A stretch of 63,434 nucleotides of DNA, filler included, from Choristocarpus tenellus KU-1152 (lineage: Eukaryota; Protista; Phaeophyceae), in NCBI GenBank assembly GCA_964200185.2. It is 7 parts of 7 records of this genome, joined end to end, with 100 filler letters (N's around TTAATTAATTAA, not from the genome) between each part and the next. Parts side by side here need not be neighbours in the genome. Positions count along the whole stretch, not along the records: positions 52,671 to 63,434 come from CAXNAD020002726.1; 6 more parts are not named here. One strand, given 5' to 3'. Both the position numbers and the translations under genes were made by a program. Below the pieces are notes generated by a model. It searched no databases and had not been told where the DNA came from. It was given only the letters and a program-made list of their open reading frames with translations. Positions 53,193-63,434 of this stretch are shown here, piece after piece (positions within the stretch are counted from its first letter, which is position 1; every line of letters begins with the position of its first letter).

Positions 53193-53451
53193 GAGTCAAA
53201 GTAAACGAGAGGTTATGCGCGGTTACATTATAACGATGCTGACGAATGTGTGCAAAATTCGACTATTTCACAAATGCATGTAGGATATTTTCTGAATTGT
53301 GTACACTTTTTTCAAACAATAGAGAAATCAACGTTCTTAAGTCAAATGTAGCACTTCATTCATAGAAATATAGGTGAATTCTGAAATACTACAAAAATGC
53401 CTTAAAATGCAAAACGATCAAAAACTGTGTTTCTCACGTTTGGTTGGACTC
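53193..53451. mobile_element. MITE family C
   Basis: Both TIRs; flanks TGA(G). Confidence 0.82.
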
Positions 53452-53968
53452 TGAGCAACGAACTTTCCTCAGACTTTGACTTTGGGGTATCCTGTGGCCT
53501 ACCTCCCACTAAGGGGAAGTAGCCTACGACACCGAAAACATCGATGATGATCATAACACACCTTTCATCAGCAACAGAGACACAATTTGCATACTCGACC
53601 CCAGGGCTAAGGATAGACTTACCTAGGAAAGGGTCAGAGCTGGAGAAGTTAATCTAAGAGGAGAAATGGCTTTGGGATTAGTGATAGTGGTACCAGTGAG
53701 GATGAGAAGTCTGCCATTCGATAATCGATAATGAAATGAGAAGACTGTTCGTCTCAGAAAGGAATCGGAGAAACCTGACAAATAAATGGAGGCGCGCTGA
53801 ACTAGAATCAGGGACTTTAAGGAGGAGATTTAAATGTTGCTTTGAAGTCCCCTGTTCGAGCAGCCCCTCATTGCCACGGCAGCCAGTGCACAGCCAGTGC
53901 AGCAACTTCGTGCAGTGACTGGTTAGCCCGTGCATTCTGACCAGCCTCCTAGTATTAATGTGAAGTGA

Positions 53969-54225
53969 GAGACATAGTGTCTTAGAGGGTAGGACCGCGT
54001 CCATTTGAGGGCCAAATCCAATGTTGCAGTTTTGATGTAATTTTGGTTGTTGTGTTTGTTACGAAGTATCAACATCCTTGTTCCGAACAAACCTATTCAT
54101 AACGTATACATCTTACCTAGTTGGAAACATTTTGGAGTAGGAAAATGTCATAAAAATAACATGGGAAGACAAGCCACAAATGGACACAAAGGGAAAAACT
54201 CTTACCCTCTAAGATACTTTCACCC
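53969..54225. mobile_element. MITE family B
   Basis: Both TIRs; flanks TGA(G). Confidence 0.87.
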
Positions 54226-54572
54226 TGAGCTGACAGACTTTGCACTCGATGCAGCAGCTCTTTATACATGGTGAGAACTTCAGAGAAGACAGTGAGGATG
54301 AGGGTATGTTACAGGCGATCTGTCTTGATGGCGGTTTTTCTAACTGATTCAAGCTGCATATCCCATCATAGTAAACTTGCGGAGCGTTTTATAGCATCTT
54401 ATAATCAGCTGGGGTGACTTTATAGCTGCAAGAAAAAACTCCTGAAACAATGTTTGGAACAATGTCTGAGTATCAGCACACACAACGTAATCATAACACC
54501 ATATATGGTGACACCCTCCCCTTGCCGAGAAACCGTAGACTCAAACAAAAAAACTTCTTTCCCGACATATCT

Positions 54573-54830
54573 GAGTTAAAGTATCTTAGAGGGTACGAAT
54601 TTTTCCCTAATTATCCATTTGGGACTTGGCTTCCAATGTTTTTTTTTATTGTATGTCCGGAACATGGGTATTGACACTCCAGAGGGTAAAAAACGGACGC
54701 CGGCATCCCCCCCCTCCCCCCCAGATACTTTGACCCTAACAAACACAATAGTCAAAATTACATCAAAACTGCAACATTGGATTTTGGCCCGCAAATGGAT
54801 GCGGCTCTACCCCCTAAGAAACTTTAGCTC
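54573..54830. mobile_element. MITE family B, reverse orientation, with a nested A2 fragment at 54684-54736
   Basis: Both TIRs; TSD ATCT. Confidence 0.87.
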
Positions 54831-55099
54831 ATCTGGCCTCTGGTACGTAGTACCTAAAAAAAACACATATCTCCTCTTTTCTGACCAGGTCCATAAAAAA
54901 ATAATGTCGGAAAAAAATGTTATTTGTTCTAGTAGAGCTAATGGCAGTGGGTACTAGTTTGAATGCATCGTTGTCGTCTGCAAACATGTCAATGCAATGC
55001 CTAGGGAACTGTGACTGAACAAGTTCAAAACAATTAACAAGAAAAGCTATTCCTGTGCCACACTGCACTGGTCTATGTACTCACTCTCCGCGGAAGACA

Positions 55100-56600
55100 G
55101 AGGTACTATGCCGAATACTATATGAATTACAGCAATATGTAACCGAAAGTATTTGGCATTATGTATTTATAGAGAGTCAAATCTGTGTTTTGATGTCCAC
55201 AAGTTCAAAACGTTTTTCTAAATATTGTGGAGTTTTCTAGAAGCATTGGAAGTGTGTGGGGTTAGTGATTCATTCTGTTAAAGTATCCATCCCCCGACAC
55301 ATGTATGGATAGGAGCGAGAAACAATGGAATAGTCCCAAAATGTTGTAGAGGAGTGGTTATCTTAAGGAGAAGGGGCGACCATACAACCTTAAAGCACCA
55401 TGGTTAATAGAGTCAATTCCTATCTATCTGTTCGTATACAAGAACAAATACGGCTTCACCAACAAACATCTCTTGTGCACTGACTCTACATGTATACTAT
55501 ACTAGTTATCTCCGATACAACTGAAAACTAGCTACTGAATTCGCTTTAGAAGAAAATCCAAACGAAGGGGAAATATACCGAACTCCCTGAAGAATAATCC
55601 AAACAACAGGCAAGAACAAATTCAAATCCAACAAGATGAGAGTATTATACATGACTAGCCCTGTTAGTTCAGCAAAAACTTATTATGCAACCATGACTTT
55701 CAAAGTCTGATGGGGCATGTGCTATCAAATTAGCCCATGACCATACGGTTCACTCTTTGTAATTACTTTGAGCCGACACAAATGCAAGAATAATGCACTA
55801 TGAAATAAAAAAGCTTGCAAACGAACAATCAGTGGGAATGCCAAGCAGAATTAACTGATTCCATGGTGACTACCTAGTCATATAAGCAGAACAAACAAAA
55901 TCTTGGTCTGAACACAACAAATTGTTGGTGAGTATCACATATCATGGGGCATAGTATCAGTGCAACAAGCACCGTAGTGGCTCCTACTGAGCAAACATTC
56001 TGCACACAACAAGGAGTGTTGCACAGAGGCACATACTCAAGCTGCAGTCATAACTAGAAGTCGGTGCTACATAAATTCCATCTTTGCAGATCTAGAAAAC
56101 TCTCAGGGATGCAGCTGTGCATTGTGCAAGTCAATAGCAACACGGAAATCCAGATATGATGCCATTCCAAACGCCTGAAATAGGTTAAAAACAAAATCAT
56201 TGTTACTCTCCTATGCTACGAATATACCCAAGAACTCACTAGATAATGTTAAACCATGCCACACAATCAGCACCCTGCAAGCAGTTATTACCAAATAACC
56301 TCCTAACAAATACTTCAAGGTTGGGGCAGGTAATTCCACGTCAAATACCTCTCAGAACTTACCAATATAGGATGCACAAACTACTACGGCCTATCACAAC
56401 CACATGTGGAGGTGAAGTCAACTACTATTCAGTTGCACAACGAATTTGGCACATAAGTGTTCAGAGTACTTGCATGACACACTCCACCGCTATTAATACA
56501 CAGTGGGATGAACAATATTCCTACCAGAGCAACGGCAATGTCATAAACTCATATGAGAGACTTCCCTGTCGCAACATAGCGTGGTGGGACATCGTTTCAC
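55100..56600 (+). mobile_element. Highly degenerate Gypsy-type pol (RNase H to integrase)
   Basis: Residual motifs in the expected order: NYS...FGIMY near 55125, H..GH near 55935, GR*F..K..SEL near 56325, TTAYH/CGG.V near 56380. Many stops. Confidence 0.42.
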
Positions 56601-57389
56601 CAGGTCAAAACGAAGGCAGATAAAATCAAGATCTGATTTCACTTGAGATGGATGGGTGACTCCCCTTCAGAAAATTGCCGGTTGAATACTTACAAGCAAG
56701 TCTTCACAAATTTATGCAACTAGCTTGGCTATTAAAGTCAACTGGAATGTTATTTCACAATGCATGCGTTTGCTACAATTGGTGAGTGAACTCGTAAATT
56801 CAAAAATCCCTTTGTCTACAACCAATCAACCATCAACAGTTCATTGGTGTAGACGTTAACAATAAGTAAATCATGAAAGACATACTTGTCAACTCGATTG
56901 CAATCTGTCAACAAATAGAACAATGACACTCAGTCGTACAGAAGGTTATCCAAAACACGCATCTTTAGGAAAATGTCAAGGTTACCCATTTCGTGACACA
57001 CGATACTCAATGTGCCTCAACACAATCAGGCAAACAAAAGGCTGGCAGAGAATTTTGTTGACACAAGAGAGATATCTGCTTTGCACAACACACCGTATGG
57101 TCAAAACAGAGATCCAACGAATGTCTCTTAGCAGGATAAACCATTAGTGAATACTGTCAAGCACAGATGCTAAAACAAAAAGCATCCACCAAGACCAAAT
57201 CGAAATGTTACTTGACATCAAGATTGAGTATTTCTCATTAACAGAACAAGTTCTTCAAGACTCTAAAACTCGGGTATGCTCCACCCCACAGCTGGTACTG
57301 GTCACCCCAAACCCCAATCAATACAATGTCTCCTGAAGATTCGCCATGCCACCTGGATTCCATGTGTAGTCGGCATGAGGACTGACCTT

Positions 57390-57641
57390 GAGTGAAAATA
57401 TCTTAGAGGTTTTACCCTGTTTGTCCGTTTGGAGTTTGACTTTCCATGTGTTTTTTTTTACATTTTACTCATTCCGAAATGTTTTGGAGTAGGTAAAATG
57501 TATACATTTTGAATGGGTGTGTCCAGAACAAGGGTATTGACACTTCTTAATAAACATGGCAACCGAAATTACATCAAAATCGCAATATTGGACTTTGGTC
57601 CCCAAACGAATGCAGCTCTAACCTCTAAGAAACTTTGACTC
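57390..57641. mobile_element. MITE family B, reverse orientation
   Basis: Both TIRs and colinear interior. Confidence 0.85.
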
Positions 57642-58431
57642 CATACGCCATAGACTTGAGCTGTACTCATCCACCATGTAGCCCTGGAGACATCTCTTGT
57701 AGATTCCAGTCTGGTCAGACTATGCCTAAAGGAGTCAATCCAACTGAGAGGTAGGCAGGTTTGGACTCTCTTTCATTCTAAACCATCCACACACAAACTG
57801 ACACCACAATGCAGTATTTTTTTTCTGCAATTACAAAAAGTAGCGCATTTTTTCCCTTTCTGGGGGTCCTTTAAACGAAACCCTGCCTATCTCTCAATCG
57901 GTTTGACTCCATGCAACAAATTCATACACAGATTCCCCAACTTTTACGGAAAATAACATTAAATACGATAGTAGTGTTGAGAATCGCCACAATCCAGTCT
58001 GCTGTGGCTGGATCAATCGGAATAGTCAAATAACCTTATATCACCAGCAGCGAGCTAAGAGTTGAGAAATGAAACAATAGTGTAAGTTCATATACATTAC
58101 GGGGGTGTGGGTGGCACCAGCCCACTCCAGCTGCATGGGCAATGTCTCTTGAAATGTTTGTCTGGAAGAATGTGCAGACATTTGAACATTCTGTGGTACT
58201 TCGAAATATAAAGTAGAGGATATTATGCAAGTTGTAGAGTTGCTGGCTTATATCACGAGGGGTGAGCAATGACGCAATGTATTTGATTTAAGTACAGGGG
58301 ATTGCGCAATCTCAAAAGTATGGGAAAACCTAGACTAAATATTGGTAAACCTATCAACCTAACAAAAAAAAAGGCAGAATATGACAAATGACAACAAAAG
58401 TGACAAAATATACCATCATCACAATCGTCCC

Positions 58432-58558
58432 GCAACACTTCCTCACCACAATACAACAAACCTCCTCACCGTAACACAACAAACTTCCTCATCGCAACGC
58501 AACAAACCTCCTCACCACAATACAACAAACCTCCTCAACGCAACACAACAAACCTCCA
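58432..58558. repeat. Degenerate ~22-bp minisatellite
   Basis: About five cctcaccacaatacaacaaacct-like units. Confidence 0.85.
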
Positions 58559-59541
58559 ATACTCTTTGGTTCCTTCGAAATATGCACTTTTCTGTGTGCT
58601 CAGGTTCGCACGACAAACACCAAGTAGAAATTTTCTTTAAAAAAAAAATGCATAGGCAAGACCTCTGCCAAAATTACTTCATATGATCTCTCCACATGTG
58701 CCTGTTGCGATCTTGTGTTTCCCTCTTGTTTTAATAACAATAAACCAATGTACATTTGCCATGTGAAACCAATTAATAACTACTTGTTAAAAAAGGTAAA
58801 CATTGTCATCACATCCAATGTGCATATTATTTGGGTATGTGGTGCACAAAGTATATTATCATATTGGGCACACAAATGCAAGCACCTGCATTAATGAGTA
58901 CTGCTATGATAGACACTTTTTGTAGCATTACGAACCTCAAAAGAAGTATCGCTCATAGTTGTCAGGTAAAATGACTACAACTATGCAGCATTGAGTAAGG
59001 AAACAACAATGCTTACACTCTCTACATGTACATATGTCTTTGGTCATGAAATATGTATTTTCAGGGTTAGCTGCAACCCTCCCACCCCCAAGCTACTTTC
59101 TGCAACAGTCAAGCCTGCATCGAACGTATACTCTCTTTCGTTACAGTACTAGGCGCATCAAAGGTTAACTGCAATATTCCTCAATTTAGCGTCGATAACC
59201 TGCCACAGAACTTCCTCCCCAAAATGATTTTCTCTGGACGAGCCCTGTCTTTTGAGCATTATGTGGAATGGTTGCGACATATATCCTCAGGAGGAAGTAT
59301 AATAGGGATAACCCAGAAAGGAGTGCAGCTGTTTGATTGAAGGGTATTTGACTCTGAAGCGGAGCATTGCATGTATGGCGTTGGTACAGTTCTTGGAGAA
59401 TGGCTCATTTTGGTCTATGAATTGCTCATTGGACGATATGAAGGTACACCGTCCAGTCATGGCATATGATACAGTGATGTAGAGGCTGTCTCAAACCCCT
59501 TGCAGATGTTGTGTGTGGTGTATGAAGCATGCGCAAGTGCT

Positions 59542-59981
59542 GAGTAAAAGTATCTTAGAGGGTACGAGTTTTTCCCTGTTTGTCCATTTAGAGCTTGGCT
59601 TCCCACGGGTTTTCAGACCCAAAGTATCTGGGAGGGGGGTGGGGTCAAAACCAGGGTGTCCATTCGGACCAAAATCAGCAAAAGTGAATTTATATTATCC
59701 GTCCGACATATGCAACCAAACGACGCAAAAATCGCGACATGAAAAAATTGTCCCCAAATGGACAGTCGCCACCCCCCCCAGATACTTTGAACCTTCAATG
59801 ACATTTTACCTACTCCAAAATGTTTCGGAGTCGGTAAAATATTTATGTTATGAAAAGCAGTGTCCAGAACATGGATAATGACATCTCCAAACAAATATAA
59901 TAGCCAAAATTACATCAAAATTGCAACTTTGGATTTGACCCCCAAATGGACACGGCACTACCCTTTAAGATACTTTGACTC
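59542..59981. mobile_element. MITE family B, reverse orientation, carrying nested family A
   Basis: TIRs at both ends; the interior resumes after 59797. Confidence 0.88.
59616..59793. mobile_element. MITE family A nested in family B
   Basis: Same TIRs; TSD TTCA. Confidence 0.88.
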
Positions 59982-60551
59982 GTTCATGGTATAGTGAACA
60001 TATACTCAGGAGGAACTTTTGGGAATAGTGTTGGTAAAGGCCTTGCTGGTGGTCATTGCTATCATCCAGATGCACCTGCTCAGGTTAGGGCTTGTATGAC
60101 AAGTGGTATATCAATGTGGAATTTGACACGTTAGTGTCTGCTTGTGGTAACATTGTAAATTAGAGCAAGTGCTACAGGCGAATAGCGAGAGCATTTCTTT
60201 CTGCGTGTCAAAATGCGCGAACAGTATGCATACTTAAGAATTCATTTAAGAGGAACTTTGAATTGATAGAAGATGCAGTCTAAGGTTCGAAATGCATAAA
60301 TAACCTTACAGAATAGATGTCAATTCCTGAAAGTTGCAGAATAAAGATTTATGATTGGAGTATTTTCACAGCAGTTTGCAGTCGCCATTTAACTCTTTGG
60401 TTGTAGAAAAACGGTGAATGATGTTAATAAAAGGCTGAGTCGTCGACCACGACTCAGTCCCTTGATCCTTACCCTTTTTTGATAAAGCGAACAGCAAGAC
60501 ATTGACTGAGCTAAGCATCAACTGACACCATACATGGTCATCATCTATGAA

Positions 60552-60633
60552 CCCCCGCGTAGCGTCGTTTTAAGGTTATTGGATTTGAGTTGCATATCCT
60601 GTGGAGGTGAGTTCTCGGGGGCACGCTGTAACA
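60552..60633. mobile_element. Family L2 fragment, reverse orientation
   Basis: Reverse complement tgttacagcgtgcccccgagaactcacctccacaggatatg aligns to 22312 and 14848. Confidence 0.55.
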
Positions 60634-60753
60634 CAAGTATCTGTCTCACTGCATTCACCTCTTTGTAAATTTTGACGCTTTTGACTGTAAGTGACCTAGA
60701 GAATGGGGAAGCAATATGGATTGGTGAAATCTACCAAACCTGATTTTATTCAT

Positions 60754-60934
60754 GGCCAAAAGTATCTGGGGGGGTGGGGGAGTCTACACCAGGGTGTCCA
60801 TTTGGGCCATAACCAGGAAAAGTGCTTTTACATTATCCATTCGACGTATGCAACCAAATCACCCAAAAATCGCGACATGAAAAAATTGACCCCAAATGGA
60901 CAGCCATCACACCCCCCCCCAGATACTTTGAGAC
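60754..60934. mobile_element. MITE family A (~180 bp), complete
   Basis: TIR AAAGTATCTGGGGGGG / CCCCCCCAGATACTTT; TSD TCAT. Confidence 0.88.
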
Positions 60935-62710
60935 TCATTCATAGGGTCAACGTCCTTCGAGTTTCTACTGATTAACTTCTACGCGTCAAAGTTACATTAA
61001 TGAATCGAATGGGTTTTAGATGAACAAGGCGAGGGCAATGCTTGGTGCTTATTCAGATTGTTATTGACCACATTATGTTGAATAACTTTTTAACATGTCT
61101 TATCACATTGTCTGAGCATATAGAACAAAATAAAGCAAGATTTCAATCTTGCATGTGTGGAGGTCCCCAAATGACAGTGCATGCCAAAATAATGTGCCTG
61201 GCACCCTGGCACCCTGTTGAGGTCTTAACTCTACACACAGTGTGTACAGTACCTAACTGCCTAATTTGGGCTGCATACAGTTTGAATAAGGCAAAAAAAA
61301 AGTCTATATTTGAGCACACACACTCAATATTGCGCGTGTAACCGCATAATATTGCATTGACCTCAACACAGCTGCACTTTTGAGCTCCTCCACCCGACAA
61401 ACCCATTGCTACATCAGCCCTCTCAGTAATATGGTATGTTAAGGTTTTACATGTACAATGATACACACAGCATATTATGGCATCATCTTGCCTTGGGCTT
61501 TCACTACAAGTCCCGCAAGGACTTGACCAACCAACACTTGGATTGCAAACCACCATTCAACAATCACTTTTGGCATTTGTGTTGTATATTTTGGAAGGAT
61601 ACATAGAGTTATCTGCACAACATAGATACGGATATTACCTGATACTTCTGACCCTATACTATTGTCAGATATCTACTTCGAACATGGAAACAAACATGCA
61701 CCTTCTCAAACATGTACTAATTGCATACATGTTGGGTGGATAGAACTTTTACGCGCTATTTTTACCATTCCTGCTAGTAATTAACGTACATACCTATAGA
61801 AATTGAGACTATAGTCTTTCTGGGCAACGAAACGTCATGTGACCGCTTGACTCTTAAAAGAACCCACTTCTTACTTCCATCTTGCTCTCTGAAATTATCA
61901 ATATGGGTGGAGGGGATTCTATGTTACACAAGACAAGGTGTAGCGTACAAAAATATCGTCTAAACAATGTACATTCATATATCCACACCCACACCCAACC
62001 TCAAAACACTAGCTCACAATGATGCCCAGGTTCCTCGAACCTACTGTTCACATCTGTCCTGCGTAGTTCACCCTTTACAGTCAATACTGCCAAGTGCAGC
62101 AGCCACAACACACTCGATTATGTCTGCCATTACAAAGTCCGGGAAGTTTCTTCTACCTATGCCCAACCATTGCCCTCAGCCATGGCTTTGTTCCAGCAGG
62201 TCACCCACACAAGCTTAATCCAGGTGCTTAACCCCATCCCATCCCTCTTCACCCTTATGTTATTGCACACCTGCACACTTCCCCAAGGGGTCATATCTAA
62301 ATTTCATGACGCAAAAAAATGTGCTACTTAAGTTTTCTTCATGCTAGACGTCGTAAGGAGGGTACGAATGAGACAAAAATCCCTATCATTTGCATTGACG
62401 GGCGTTGATATGTCCTCAACACCCAAATCTACAAGCACGACCACATCCATGTTGACCTCAAGAGTCTGCCAGCATCCTCACAATGTGCAACAATTGCTTC
62501 CAGTCTAAGTAAAATATCGTATCTCTATCCCAGAGGGATTGATTCACCTCGTTCTTTTTCGTATCTGTTGCACAAACCTCTTTCTCCGTCACCGTCCATT
62601 CCTTTCCGAGGGAAGGTCAATCATGATTGTGCGGAGATTATTTTGAAACATTGACATATCCGACCCTGGAACCGATCTAGGATGATCGACAGTTATGAAA
62701 CCCGACCCAT

Positions 62711-63051
62711 TGTGAATCGTGTGATTCTGTGGCGGTGTGGTTCACTCAGGCAAGGGCGGTAAAGAGAATCACTGGGCGAGACGGACCACACGAACAAGGA
62801 TGAACCGTGACCGAGGGTACGAGGTTAAGGTTGGACAAGTGCAAACTTAGGAGTGATGAGCAACATCAAAGATGGGGCTTCTTCACCACCAGTCAAGGTG
62901 TGAGAATAAAGTGGATCTTCCATGTGTGACATATGAAAGTCTGTCTGTGGAATCATGGATTCTTGACTGGGAACCTCAATCGGTACCACGGTATAACGGT
63001 ATATGTTATACGGCAATAACGGAAAAATAACGGGCAAACATGCTTTCCACA
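62711..63051. mobile_element. LTR-like element, family L1
   Basis: TGTG...CACA ends; colinear with 49376-49794 apart from an internal deletion; no clear TSD. Confidence 0.68.
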
Positions 63052-63174
63052 TATTAGCCCTAAAGAAATAAAATACCCTAAACATAAGAACACTATAAAA
63101 CATTGTGAGTGTGGAAACCACTAATCAGTTACTTCCCCAATATAAAATATTGTACTACTGTTGTCCTTTGCTTC

Positions 63175-63434
63175 CCATCTACCTACTCCTGTGGCCCGGG
63201 GGGGGCAGCTAGGGAGGCATCTCAAGAATCTAAAAGACCCCTCCGTGACCATCTCCCTGGTGACTCTGGCTACTCACATGGTAGGAGGAAGAGGACCGGG
63301 AGGATATGGCAGGAAAGGAGTAGTTAAATCCAAATTGTTTCGGTGACTACGCAAGTGGCATTGTCTCGACGTGTCATGTGTTTTAAGCTGGAGTCGCCAG
63401 GGAGATGGGCACGGAGGGGTCTGTTGGATTCTTG
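63175..63434. mobile_element. Fold-back RLE non-LTR remnant (minus arm ~63175-63266, plus arm from 63267 to window end)
   Basis: 63223-63266 is close to the reverse complement of 63390-63434, and the plus arm matches 13440-13670. Confidence 0.75.

Larger units (their letters stand above)
59200..60060 (-). mobile_element. Degenerate Gypsy-type RT remnant interrupted by nested MITEs
   Basis: Minus-strand translation HHTQHLQGV*DSL...RCTF...QFID...PSIKQLHSFLGYPYY resembles EH..HL..VF.RL, KC.F and KQLRSFLG..YY. Confidence 0.55.

Noticed and set aside
61143-61556. 137-aa minus ORF with weak SF1 helicase-like text (LYAAQ, GCQGARHIILAC)
   Set aside because: Motifs are too loose, part looks intronic, and I found no supporting exons.

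Overview
Intron-rich, repeat-rich eukaryotic DNA, read by eye without any database search. The retroelement types and gene style suggest a brown alga or related stramenopile (inference). The window is seven contigs joined by artificial 100-nt N/TTAATTAATTAA linkers, so adjacency across linkers is not biological evidence. Two spliced genes can be rebuilt with consistent GT-AG phases: the 3' six exons of a putative glycosyltransferase-like protein (254-10476, +) and nine exons from the second half of an ABCA transporter (30508-44488, +). A small minus-strand gene with a hydrophobic segment (25218-~26566) is plausible. One intact tRNA-Gly(GCC) and two decayed copies lie antisense in an 8-kb ABCA intron. 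The rest is transposon debris: three to four MITE families sharing GRG(T/C)CAAAGTA termini and 4-bp TSDs (Sola-like), 3' remnants of an RLE-type (CRE/R2-like) non-LTR element with telomere-like tails, twice as tail-out inverted pairs, an RTE-type LINE, hAT and Gypsy remnants, and two solo-LTR families. I found no CRISPR array and no clearly new multi-gene system. The best leads are the RLE element architecture and the TSD pattern of the MITEs.
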